A stretch of DNA of 64,000 bases from an uncultured Anaerolineaceae bacterium (GTDB lineage: Bacteria; Chloroflexota; Anaerolineae; Anaerolineales; Anaerolineaceae). Where the stretch lies: assembly GCA_938020565.1 (NCBI GenBank), contig CALIHP010000055.1:880-64879 (forward strand). Direction: 5' to 3'. Both the position numbers and the translations under genes were made by a program. The notes under the pieces are model-generated. The model ran no database searches. It was not told where the DNA came from and was given only the letters and a program-made list of their open reading frames with translations. Below, one piece after another: positions 19,529-29,202 of this stretch. How positions within the stretch are numbered: position 1 is the stretch's first letter; each line of letters begins with the position of its first letter.

Positions 19529-20293
19529 TTAAGACTTCGCTAAATACCCTCCGTCAATCGGAATAATCGCCCCGTTGATATACGACGAAGCGTCGGACGC
19601 CAGGAAGACGCAGAGCCCCTTCATGTCCTCCGGCGCGCCCCATCGTTTCGCCGGAATCCGCTTCGTAATCTCCTCGAAACGCGGATTGGCCGGATCCATC
19701 AGCGCCGCGTTCATCTCCGTCGCCATGTATCCCGGAGCGATCGCGTTGACGTTAATCCCGCGGCAGGCCCAATCGTTGCACAGCGTCTTCGTCAGCTGGT
19801 TGATCCCGCCTTTCCCGGCCGCGTACGCCGGAATCGTCGAGCCGCCGAAAAAAGCGTTCATCGACGATAAATTGATAATCTTCCCATACCCGACCTTCAG
19901 CATCTCACGCCCCGCCAGCTGGCAAAGATGAAATGGGGCGGTCAGGTTCACTTCAAGCACCTGATCCCAGTCTTCGATCGGAAACGCTTCGCTGGGATGC
20001 CTGCGCTGCATTCCGGCGGAATTGACAAGAATATCGATCCGCCCGCCCAAAAGCGTTAACGCTTCAAAAAAACCGCGCTCGCGATCGATCCGATCCGACA
20101 GGTCCATCCGCACGCCCTGACAGCAGAAACCGCGCTCCCGGAACTCAGCCGCAACCTCTTCAACCGATTCCCCACGCCCGGCGATGACAGCCTCGGCACC
20201 AGCTTCCATCAATCCTTCCGCCATGCTTTTTCCTAAGCCGCGCGTTCCTCCGGTTACGAATGCTTTTCGATTGTTCAAAGAAAAAAACTGCAT
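19529..20293 (-). CDS. SDR oxidoreductase, KduD/gluconate 5-dehydrogenase-like
   Basis: TGGTRGLG, YAAGK, NAIAPGYMAT and RIPAKRWG motifs. Confidence 0.85.
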   Translation of the reverse strand: MQFFSLNNRKAFVTGGTRGLGKSMAEGLMEAGAEAVIAGRGESVEEVAAEFRERGFCCQGVRMDLSDRIDRERGFFEALTLLGGRIDILVNSAGMQRRHPSEAFPIEDWDQVLEVNLTAPFHLCQLAGREMLKVGYGKIINLSSMNAFFGGSTIPAYAAGKGGINQLTKTLCNDWACRGINVNAIAPGYMATEMNAALMDPANPRFEEITKRIPAKRWGAPEDMKGLCVFLASDASSYINGAIIPIDGGYLAKS

Positions 20294-20661
20294 TGAAAAC
20301 CCTTCTCAACCCGAGAACCGATTCTTAAAGAAAGCTAACGTACCCCCTTTATATCATGAAAGAATCGAATTTCTCACAGGTTCAGCGTCATAAGCAAGTC
20401 ACATCTTCGCCATGATTTTCGTCATAAACTTACAGAAGCCCAAAATAGTTTCATCTGTTTCAAGTTGTTTTCATCATGATTCAGAAATATTTCCAAACAG
20501 GAATTTATTCAGGCATCAACCGTTTCACAAAGCTGGAGCGCAGCCAAGGTCAAACCGGAGCGAATCGTCGATTCGCGCGCCGAGTTAGACTCAAAGCATT
20601 GAGACAGTCCCGCGACATCCCGTGAGACCTGACAATGGATATTTTCTGAACAGCGGATCGA

Positions 20662-20850
20662 TCACGATTCCTTTTTCATCAGCTTATAAAAAAACGTCCC
20701 AACGCAAAGCAGCGCCACGCCGCCCGCCGTCGTCAAAGCCCGGACGCCTGAGCCCGCGAAATCGTCCGTCAGGTAGAGCCCGAAAAGAACCAGGAATACC
20801 GACAGCATCAAACACAAAATACCAACCAGCTTGAAAACCTGATCCCGCAT
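20662..20850 (-). CDS. Small two-TM protein at the end of the ECF/ABC operon
   Basis: GAGG RBS overlapping the upstream stop region; two hydrophobic helices. Confidence 0.55.
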   Translation of the reverse strand: MRDQVFKLVGILCLMLSVFLVLFGLYLTDDFAGSGVRALTTAGGVALLCVGTFFYKLMKKES

Positions 20851-20853
20851 CCG

Positions 20854-22614
20854 TTACCTCTCGTTCCAGCCCCGCAAATCCATACCCGCGCGCACCATTC
20901 GGCTATAGCTCCCGTCTAACGCGAGCAGCTCCTCATGCGTCCCCGCCTCGCACAGCTCGCCGCGCTCCAGAACGAGCAGGCGGTCCGCATTCCGGACCGT
21001 ATTCAGCCGGTGCGCAATGACGACCGTCGTCTTCTCACGGCAGAGCTCCGTCAGCGCCTGCTGAATAAACGCTTCGTTATCCGGGTCGATACTCGCCGTC
21101 GCTTCGTCCAGAATAATAATCGGCGCGTCCTTGAGGATACAGCGCGCAATCGAGATGCGCTGCGCCTCGCCGCCGGAAAGACTCGCCCCGCCAGCGCCGA
21201 TGACCGTCTCGAAGCCATAGGGAAGCTCCATAATGAAATCATAACAGCGCGCCTTTCGCGCTGCATCGATCACCTCAGCCTGCGTCGCGCCCGGCCGGCC
21301 CATCGCAATATTGTTATAAACCGTATCCTCAAAAAGATAGACCTTCTGAAAGACCATGCTGAGCATCCCCATCATCGACGCCAGCGGAACCGACTGGATA
21401 TTCTTTCCACGAACGAGAATCTCGCCCTCGGAGACATCCCAGAACCGCGCCAGCAGGTTCGCGATCGTCGTCTTTCCGCTTCCGGAGCTGCCGACGAGCG
21501 CGATGAGCTGCCCCCTGTCCGCGGTAAAAGAAATATTTTTCAAAACAGCCTCATTCTCATACGCGAAAGAAACGCCGCGGAACTCGATTTCATGCGTCAT
21601 GTCGGCCGCATCGTGTCCTGAGCTGGGAGGGAACTCAGCCGTGCCACTGTCGTCGATCTCCTTCTCAGCGAAAACCTCCTCGATCCGATCCAGGCTGTTC
21701 GTCATGATCGTCATCAGCGTCGCCTGATTGTACAGGTGTTTCAGCGGGGCAAAAAAGCTGAATAAAAAGAGAAGAACGCCGATAAAACTCGCCGCCGGCA
21801 GCGTTCCGAGCTGAGCCAGGTAAATACTGAGCGCCAGAATCGCGGTCATTCCCACCGCGTAAAGAATTTGAAGCGCGCGCTCGTATGGAACATACGACGC
21901 TTCGAAATCCAGGCTCGCGTCCCGGATCCCTCGAAAGCTCGCCTCGATATCCTTCGCTCCGCGCCCGGTCATACCGTAGCTCCGGATGACGCCGAAGCCC
22001 TCCGTATATTCCAGCACGGCCGAAGTCAGGTCCTCGATCGCCGCCTGCCGCCGGGACGATTTTTCGAACGCTACCTTCGTCAGGACCCGTCCGACAGCGA
22101 CGGCAATCAGCACGGTCGCTAACGCCGCCAGGCCGATCCGGACGTCAATCGTAAAGAGAAAGACGGTCAGGATCACCTGTGAAAAGATATCGCCGACGAT
22201 GCCCGCGATCGTCATCATGCTCTGTTCCTCGATAAAGACCATGTCCTGCGACAGAATGGTACTGATCCGTCCAATATTCCCGGCGCTGAAATACCCCATC
22301 GGAAGCCGGCGCAGGTGATTTCCGAATTCGATCCGTTTATCGCTGAAAACCTCGTATCCGGCGCCTGACTGAAGCCGATCTGTAAAATACTGGAGGAGCG
22401 ACTGCGCCAGGAGGCAGCCTGACAGCACCAACGCCGCGATCAGCGTCATCCGCAGCGTCACCGTCCCGCCGACGACCGCAGGCAGCAGCACAATTGCGAC
22501 CATGATCGGCGCGTTCATAAAGATCGACTTAAGGAACGCGATCGGGTAAGCGGCGCGGATTCGTCCCGCGTATTTTCCCGAAAAGCTGAGTATTCTGCGA
22601 ACCATGGAAATCAT
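20854..22614 (-). CDS. ABC half-transporter (TMD+NBD), IrtB/YbtQ-like
   Basis: HLRRLPMGYF, GSSGSGKTT, LSGGEAQR and LDEATASIDPDNE motifs; ATGA overlap with the upstream gene. Confidence 0.9.
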   Translation of the reverse strand: MISMVRRILSFSGKYAGRIRAAYPIAFLKSIFMNAPIMVAIVLLPAVVGGTVTLRMTLIAALVLSGCLLAQSLLQYFTDRLQSGAGYEVFSDKRIEFGNHLRRLPMGYFSAGNIGRISTILSQDMVFIEEQSMMTIAGIVGDIFSQVILTVFLFTIDVRIGLAALATVLIAVAVGRVLTKVAFEKSSRRQAAIEDLTSAVLEYTEGFGVIRSYGMTGRGAKDIEASFRGIRDASLDFEASYVPYERALQILYAVGMTAILALSIYLAQLGTLPAASFIGVLLFLFSFFAPLKHLYNQATLMTIMTNSLDRIEEVFAEKEIDDSGTAEFPPSSGHDAADMTHEIEFRGVSFAYENEAVLKNISFTADRGQLIALVGSSGSGKTTIANLLARFWDVSEGEILVRGKNIQSVPLASMMGMLSMVFQKVYLFEDTVYNNIAMGRPGATQAEVIDAARKARCYDFIMELPYGFETVIGAGGASLSGGEAQRISIARCILKDAPIIILDEATASIDPDNEAFIQQALTELCREKTTVVIAHRLNTVRNADRLLVLERGELCEAGTHEELLALDGSYSRMVRAGMDLRGWNER

Positions 22615-25600
22615 AAGCCTTTTTCCTCCCGCTCCTTGAGAACCCAACCCGAAGCGCTTTCGGACAGGCTCCACAAATTCGCATAAACCGGGTCTGACGT
22701 GAGCAGATCGTCATGCTTCCCCGACGCGCGGATCCGTCCGTTTTCGAGAACGAGAATCTGATCCGCGTTCATGATCGATCGGAGCTTATGCGCGATGACG
22801 ATAACCGTTTTTCCACGAATAATCGTGCGGATCGCTTCCGCGATTTTCCGTTCATTTTCCGGATCGACAAACGCAGTCGCCTCGTCCAGAATAATAATCG
22901 GCGCGTCTTTGAGAATCGCCCGCGCGAACGCGATCCGCTGTTTCTGCCCGCCGGAAAGCTTATTCCCCGCATCTCCAACGACCGTTTCATAGCCATTCTC
23001 GAGCTCCGAAATGAACTCTTCGCACTGCGCCTTTCGCGCCGCTTCCATCACCTCGTCGTCCGTCGCGTCCGGCCGTCCGACCCGAATATTTTCGAGAATC
23101 GTTTTATTGAAGAGGAAAATATCCTGCGACAGGTAAGCGATCTGAGCGCTGAGCGCGTCGCTCTGAAGCGTCCGGATCTCCTGTCCGCCGATAAAGATCT
23201 CGCCTTCGCTGACGTCATAGTAATGCGCAAGCAGCTTCGCAGCCGTACTCTTCCCGCTTCCGGAAGCGCCGACCAGCGCTGTCAGCCGCCCTTCCTCAGC
23301 GACAAACGAAACGCCCTTCAGAACTTCGGCGTCCTTATACGCGAACGTTACGTCTTTAAACTCGACGTCATGACGGCTCGATTCGAACGCCGCAGCGCCC
23401 GTTTTCAGCGCCGGATAGTCCATCGCTTTTTCAAGCGCCTGGAGCTTCATGTTGACGTTCGGAATCGCGCCGATAAACGACATCATCCGGATCAGGAGCG
23501 GACTGATCCCGAAGCTCAGGCACAAAATCAGGATATAATCTGCCGCGCTCAGCGTCCCTAAAAGAATCAGGAGAAGCCCGAACGGGAGAGAATAAAGCGT
23601 TATCGTCGAAAAAAGACCCCCATACAGCGCCATCCACGGCCAACAGACCCGATACCAGCCTAACGCGAAGTCCCGATAGCTCTTAACCCGGCTCTCATAC
23701 TTTTCCCCGGATTCCCCCTCACGGTTGAATACGCGGACGACCTCCATTCCATTGACAAACTCGATAATCGTATTATTCAGTCGTTTCGTTGCAGCGAAAT
23801 AACTTCCCATATTCTCCACGCCGACCGCGAACATCTGACCCGAAACGCTGATTCCCAGGCCCACGGTCAGGCAGGTCAACAGCATCAGCTGCCAATCGAT
23901 CGCCGTCATGACCAGCAGGACGACGGCGACAACGATCAGATTCGCGAACCCTTCCGGAATCATATGCGCCAGGATGAGTTCGATCGCCTCGATATCGTCG
24001 GTAAACAGCTTTTTAATCGCACCGGTTCCAATATCCAGGATCTGGCCGAAGGGCTTCTCCTCCATCCGGTCCTTCAGGTAGAGCCGGATATTTTCAAGCG
24101 TCCGGAACGCGGCGCGATGGGAAAGCTGCAGGCCATAAGTATACGTCGACGCATACAGGATTTCGCAGCCCAAAACCGCCAGGATCAACGGGACCGACGC
24201 GCTCAGCGTCGGCGGCGCACCGGCCAGGAGCGCGGTAATCACCCGGTAAACCAGCAGGTACGGGATGACGCTCGCGACCGTCCCCAGCAGCATCAGCAGC
24301 CCGGCAAAAACTGTCGTCCGCTTATTGGCGCCCATATAACCGACGATCTTACCTAACGGCGTCGTTTTCTCGCGGCGCCGGCTCGAACTGTCGCCGTTCC
24401 GCGAAAGGAAATAAAAGCGGAGTCGCCTGACGCCCTCGTCGTTCAAGGGGTACAGCGATTGGACGCGTCCGCCAGCGAGATGGAGGACATGCGTACAGCA
24501 GGAAAGAATCAGCTCCGGATCATGCGTGATAATAATCGATAAATTGATCTGATCCCGGAGTTCCCTGAGCAATCGTCCGAACCGTTCCATTCCCAACCGA
24601 TCCAGTCCGCTCGTCGGTTCATCGTAAAAGAGAATATCCTTCCCTGCGCAAAGCGCGGACGCAATCGCGACCCGCTGCTTCTGCCCGCCGGAAAGCGAAG
24701 CCGGATGACGCGATTTCAGTTCAGACAATCCCAACCCGTTCAGGATCCGGGAAACCTTTTCATCCGTCGCATCGGTATTCAACGTCAATTCGGCCGCAAC
24801 GCTCTCGGAAAACAGCTGCCTGTTGACATCCTGCATGACCATAAAGCTTTTCCTGGCCCGGTCCTTCCGCGACAGGAAAACGCCGTTATATGAAACGCTC
24901 CCGTCGCTCGGGATCACGCCGCAAAGCGTCTCCGCCAGCGTGCTCTTCCCGCTGCCGTTGTCGCCGATAACGGCGATAATACTGTTCGGCGGCAGAGCGA
25001 TCCGATCGACGTCCAGAATCCGGGCGTTCCCGCGGGCGCAGCTCAGATCGATGCCTTCCAGCGTCGGCTTATTTCCCGTCCAATCCTTTTCGGTCACCGT
25101 TTTATACGCCTCAAGGTCGGGCGAAAGTTGAATTCTTCGTAAATCGGTACAGCGCAGCCCAAGTTCGCCCAGTTCCGCGTCGGTAAACGCGCGCATCTCC
25201 TCAACCGGGATGCTCCGGACGATCTTTCCGTTCCGGATATAAACGAACCGGTCCGCGATATCCATCAGGTAATAAAGCCGGTGCTCCGAAATGATCATCG
25301 TTTTCCCGGCCGCCTTGATTTTCGACATGAGGTCATGAAGCCGGTGAATCGCTTTTTTATCCAGATTCGAAGACGGTTCGTCCATGACGTAAATCTTCGG
25401 ATCCGCGGTATAGACCGATCCGCAGGCAATCTGCTGTTTCTCGCCGCCGGAAAGCTCAAAAATGTTCCGCCGCATCAACGGCTCCAGCTGCATTTCCCGG
25501 ACGGCGGTCTGAATCCTTCGGCGAATCTCGCCGGGCTCCATCGCCAGATTTTCACACCCGAACGCCATCTCGCTTTCGGTTTCAATATTAAAAAACTGAC

Positions 25601-25883
25601 TCTTCGGATTTTGAAAAATACTGCCGACGAACGCGGCGATCGACGATAGCGGCGTTTCATTCACGCAAATATCGTCGATGATCACACGTCCGCTCATCGT
25701 TCCTTCGTAATAATGCGGCGCGAGGCCGTTCGCCAGGCGCGTTATCGTCGTCTTTCCACAGCCGCTTTCGCCGCAAAGCACGACGACTTCGCCGTCGCCG
25801 ATCTCCAGATCGATCGCGTCGACACCCTCGCCGGTTCCGGTTTCCCCGCCGTAATGAAAGCTGACGTTCTCAAATCGGATCAT
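22611..25883 (-). CDS. Fusion of a double ECF-type ATPase with an ABC half-transporter (three NBDs)
   Basis: Walker A motifs GESGCGKTT, GDNGSGKST and GASGSGKST; FQNPKSQFF; TMD at about aa 520-800. Confidence 0.85.
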   Translation of the reverse strand: MIRFENVSFHYGGETGTGEGVDAIDLEIGDGEVVVLCGESGCGKTTITRLANGLAPHYYEGTMSGRVIIDDICVNETPLSSIAAFVGSIFQNPKSQFFNIETESEMAFGCENLAMEPGEIRRRIQTAVREMQLEPLMRRNIFELSGGEKQQIACGSVYTADPKIYVMDEPSSNLDKKAIHRLHDLMSKIKAAGKTMIISEHRLYYLMDIADRFVYIRNGKIVRSIPVEEMRAFTDAELGELGLRCTDLRRIQLSPDLEAYKTVTEKDWTGNKPTLEGIDLSCARGNARILDVDRIALPPNSIIAVIGDNGSGKSTLAETLCGVIPSDGSVSYNGVFLSRKDRARKSFMVMQDVNRQLFSESVAAELTLNTDATDEKVSRILNGLGLSELKSRHPASLSGGQKQRVAIASALCAGKDILFYDEPTSGLDRLGMERFGRLLRELRDQINLSIIITHDPELILSCCTHVLHLAGGRVQSLYPLNDEGVRRLRFYFLSRNGDSSSRRREKTTPLGKIVGYMGANKRTTVFAGLLMLLGTVASVIPYLLVYRVITALLAGAPPTLSASVPLILAVLGCEILYASTYTYGLQLSHRAAFRTLENIRLYLKDRMEEKPFGQILDIGTGAIKKLFTDDIEAIELILAHMIPEGFANLIVVAVVLLVMTAIDWQLMLLTCLTVGLGISVSGQMFAVGVENMGSYFAATKRLNNTIIEFVNGMEVVRVFNREGESGEKYESRVKSYRDFALGWYRVCWPWMALYGGLFSTITLYSLPFGLLLILLGTLSAADYILILCLSFGISPLLIRMMSFIGAIPNVNMKLQALEKAMDYPALKTGAAAFESSRHDVEFKDVTFAYKDAEVLKGVSFVAEEGRLTALVGASGSGKSTAAKLLAHYYDVSEGEIFIGGQEIRTLQSDALSAQIAYLSQDIFLFNKTILENIRVGRPDATDDEVMEAARKAQCEEFISELENGYETVVGDAGNKLSGGQKQRIAFARAILKDAPIIILDEATAFVDPENERKIAEAIRTIIRGKTVIVIAHKLRSIMNADQILVLENGRIRASGKHDDLLTSDPVYANLWSLSESASGWVLKEREEKGL

Positions 25884-26626
25884 AAGAACGGCCCGTCCTT
25901 TCCGAAAATCATCGCGAAGACAACGATCCCGATCAGCAGCGCGATCACGACATAATCCGCCGCCGTCATCCGTACGGTCTCATAAGACGTCCTTTTCTTC
26001 TCGCTGTCCAGCCCGCGCGCCAGCGCCGTCGCCGTCATTTCCTCAATAACCGCGACGCAGCTGAACAGCAGCGGAATCAGGATATACTCGACCGTCTTCA
26101 GCGGCGCACGGACAATCGCGCCCGGCTCCAGCGAAATATTCCGGAAAGCCATCGCCTTGCGGATCCCGTTCCACTCATCCTGAACCGTCGGAATAAACCG
26201 GAGCAATACCGCGAAAGGGATCATCACCGACGCCGGCATATGCATCGCCTGCAGCGCGGACATCAGCTGATTAATCCGCGTCGTCCGCAGCAGCAGCGTC
26301 AGCGACAGAAGAATCGGCAGACTGAACAGGATCAGCGCAGCGATGCCCGTGACCAGCGAGACAAAAAAGGGATGACCCTTCCCCGAAGAAGTAACGCAAA
26401 TTCGAAAGAAAATCAGGAAAGTCCAAAGACAAAAAAACTTCAGGCCATCCATTTTCTTCCCGCAAAGCGCTAAAATAGCGCATAAAAATGCGCCATAAAG
26501 ATACTGTGGAGTCAAGCGAAAGCTATTCAAGACAACCGCGCTCCCTGCAAAAAAAATCAGGATTTTAACCCGCGGGTCGAGCTTCAATACAGCGCCGGAA
26601 TCGTCGCCATAGATTTCAAAATCCAT
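25880..26626 (-). CDS. ECF transporter T component
   Basis: LDPRVK, LRFIP, AMAFRN and ALARGL motifs. Confidence 0.9.
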   Translation of the reverse strand: MDFEIYGDDSGAVLKLDPRVKILIFFAGSAVVLNSFRLTPQYLYGAFLCAILALCGKKMDGLKFFCLWTFLIFFRICVTSSGKGHPFFVSLVTGIAALILFSLPILLSLTLLLRTTRINQLMSALQAMHMPASVMIPFAVLLRFIPTVQDEWNGIRKAMAFRNISLEPGAIVRAPLKTVEYILIPLLFSCVAVIEEMTATALARGLDSEKKRTSYETVRMTAADYVVIALLIGIVVFAMIFGKDGPFL

Positions 26627-27235
26627 TTACACGATTCCCGCTTTTTCGAAGTGCTTCCGGATTAATTTCGTTGACAGCAATCCGCCGATCAGCCCGCCGA
26701 GGATCGCTAACCCGAGCGACACGAACCAGAAATATCCGGTCGGAGCGATCGAATTCAAAGCCGCGGCATGTTCGGCTCCGGAAAACTGCGCTGCAAGAGT
26801 CATGAAGCGCTCATGCTCAAGCGCAAGCATCAGAAATGGGCCGGCCATGTTCAGGTTGAAGAATACAAAAGAAAGCACGTACATTTTCCGCGAACGATAA
26901 TTTCCCAACCTGAGCGTCAGCTCCGCAAGCAGCGCCGCGCCAATCGCGAAACAGAACGACGGGATGTAAGACGAAGCGGCGATTAACGCGAACAGTACGC
27001 CGATAATCAGCGCCGCGCCGAATTTCCGAACGCGCATCACGCACAGCATGTACACCGTTGCGCAGACAATACCTACCGTCAACGGCGAAATCAGGTATAG
27101 AATCGGGATCGTCCCGCCCACCATGACAACGATCAGCATAAGAACGAGATAGATCGCGCCGAACGCCCCAGCGAAAATCAGGTCCTTCGTGCGCATTTTC
27201 TTAGAATCAACCGGGCTTTGGGTATCCATATTCAT
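26627..27235 (-). CDS. MptD-family ECF S component
   Basis: KDLIFAGAFGAIY N-terminus and RKHFEKAGIV C-terminus, typical of this family. Confidence 0.88.
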   Translation of the reverse strand: MNMDTQSPVDSKKMRTKDLIFAGAFGAIYLVLMLIVVMVGGTIPILYLISPLTVGIVCATVYMLCVMRVRKFGAALIIGVLFALIAASSYIPSFCFAIGAALLAELTLRLGNYRSRKMYVLSFVFFNLNMAGPFLMLALEHERFMTLAAQFSGAEHAAALNSIAPTGYFWFVSLGLAILGGLIGGLLSTKLIRKHFEKAGIV

Positions 27236-27291
27236 CACAATCTCCTTATTTCAATATAGAATAATTTACGCTTATAAACTTACCGTCAACC

Positions 27292-27349
27292 GAGTTATCC
27301 AAACCTAACTCAAGCACAAATTCTACCACTATCTCCTGCGAGTGCGCAA
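27292..27349 (-). promoter_or_regulatory. Sigma70-like promoter with downstream palindromic operator
   Basis: TTGCGC-18 nt-TAGAAT on the minus strand; GAGTTA-N8-TAACTC at 27292-27311. Confidence 0.55.
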
Positions 27350-27431
27350 GAAAGTCGCATACCAGAACGGTTTTCAAATTTTATTTGGGGGGGGCAGCCT
27401 CCGCAAGCGCGAATCGAGTCAAAACCCGCGA

Positions 27432-28169
27432 TCAGGAAACTCTTTTCCTCGGAAGCCGAACTGAAAAACTATATTTATGACCAATATGATAGCAGATGAA
27501 ATAATAATGCGGCCGCTGATCCTCGAGCTGCATGACGCCGCTGATCTTCAGGATCGGCGTATTTTCTTTTAACTTGAGCTTTTTCTGAACGTCCCTGTCG
27601 GCGAGCTCCGCCTCGATATGAACCTCCATGTCCTTCATCTTCAGGTTGTAATAATCTTCGTAAAGCTTATAGAGCGAAGTATCTTCGTAAAGGAGCGTAT
27701 GTAAATTAGGGACGAGCTTCTGCGGAACGTATACGATTTCAAGCGCCATCGGATCGCCGTCCGCCTTCCGAACGCGGCAGACCCGATAAACTTTCTCGTC
27801 CGAGACAAGATCCAGCTTCTCGCCGATCTCCGCGTCGTAATCGGAAAGAATTTCGATCGAAAGGATTTCCGATGACGGGACCTTTCCGATTTTTATCATC
27901 TGTTCTGTGAAGCTTTCCTGACTCGCTAACGAATAATCGGCGATCTTCGACGTTACGTAAGTCCCCGCCCCTGCCCGCCGTGAAATCAGCCCGTCATTTT
28001 CGAGCTTCTGAAGCGCCTTCCGGATTGAATCGCGACTGACGTTGTACTGCTCCTTCAGGACGTTTTCCGGCTGGATTCTTCCGCCGGGCTTCAGGACATT
28101 CGACTTTATCTTTTCATAAATATCGTTGTATATCTTCATATAAATAAAGTCGTTTTTGTCAACCGTCAT
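27432..28169 (-). CDS. GntR/HutC-family regulator with UTRA domain
   Basis: PENVLKEQYNVSRDSIRKAL...GAGTYV wHTH; SFTEQM and RVRKADGDP UTRA motifs. Confidence 0.92.
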   Translation of the reverse strand: MTVDKNDFIYMKIYNDIYEKIKSNVLKPGGRIQPENVLKEQYNVSRDSIRKALQKLENDGLISRRAGAGTYVTSKIADYSLASQESFTEQMIKIGKVPSSEILSIEILSDYDAEIGEKLDLVSDEKVYRVCRVRKADGDPMALEIVYVPQKLVPNLHTLLYEDTSLYKLYEDYYNLKMKDMEVHIEAELADRDVQKKLKLKENTPILKISGVMQLEDQRPHYYFICYHIGHKYSFSVRLPRKRVS

Positions 28170-28313
28170 TGCCTCAATCCCCAATCCTGATCGAACGAAA
28201 CGTTCCCGGTAATAAAAAAAAGAACGCGGCCTGCTTTTCCGCGCCTGTCCGATCGGAGCGGAAAGCTGAAAACCGCGTTCATTATAACCTGTTCTGTCCG
28301 AAGTTCGCCGAAA

Positions 28314-29153
28314 CTAATACTTCAGGAACGAGAGGACCGCCTCCTGCGCGGCCTTTTCGACCATTTTATCAATCGACGTCCCAATCACGAGAATATTCAC
28401 CTTCGTATCCTTGAACGCCTTGAAATTCGTAATATTGATCCCACCCTCAGCAAGCGTCGGGACCTGAACGGCTTCGACCAGCGCGTTCAGCCTCTCCTTA
28501 ATCATCGGATGGATCTCGCCAGCCTGAACCCCCTCGTAGCTCATCCCGGTCATCAGGCCAATCATATCGGTACCGATACTCTCCATCTGCTTAGCGGTCC
28601 GGTAAACGTCATCCGGCGTGTCCGCCGGAAGCCCGAACGTATGCAGATCGGTTGTCATCCCGATATAAGCGTCGACCAGAAGCCCGTAGCGATGCGCCGT
28701 TTCAACGATCGCTTCAAGGTCCCTGAGCGAGGATTTATGCGTATGCAGCCCGTCGGCGCCGGCAAGCGCCATCATCGTAAAATCCTCATCCCGCAGCGGC
28801 ATCGGAACGATCTCGGTAAAACCGCCGGGAATTCCGACCGTAATATAGACGTCGTCCGGAACGACGGAACGAACCCCGCGCGTAACCTCGGCCATCTGCG
28901 CAACCGTAATTTCATAGCGAATCTGCTCGGCAGCATGCATCGTCGTCACGCCCTTATGACCGCGCGCCAACGCAACCGCAGGGTGATTCGGCTCGACCAT
29001 TTTCACGCCAACGTCGCAAACCGCCTTTGCCAGCCGGCTGTCGTCGCCGGTGATCCCCGTGCTCAGGATCGTATGCCCACCGCCAAGCTCCAGCGCGGCA
29101 TGAACCTTCGCAATTCCTTTTTTCATCCTCAGCTGCATATCGTTTGTTATCAT
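28314..29153 (-). CDS. Uncharacterised TIM-barrel protein (ribulose-phosphate-binding barrel-like)
   Basis: C-terminal VPTLAEGGI...ILVIGTS phosphate-binding pattern; GGAGG RBS. Confidence 0.6.
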   Translation of the reverse strand: MITNDMQLRMKKGIAKVHAALELGGGHTILSTGITGDDSRLAKAVCDVGVKMVEPNHPAVALARGHKGVTTMHAAEQIRYEITVAQMAEVTRGVRSVVPDDVYITVGIPGGFTEIVPMPLRDEDFTMMALAGADGLHTHKSSLRDLEAIVETAHRYGLLVDAYIGMTTDLHTFGLPADTPDDVYRTAKQMESIGTDMIGLMTGMSYEGVQAGEIHPMIKERLNALVEAVQVPTLAEGGINITNFKAFKDTKVNILVIGTSIDKMVEKAAQEAVLSFLKY

Positions 29154-29202
29154 GATTTTATTCCTCCGAAAAAATTTTTCGATCTTACGCCGGACGGACA
29201 AC

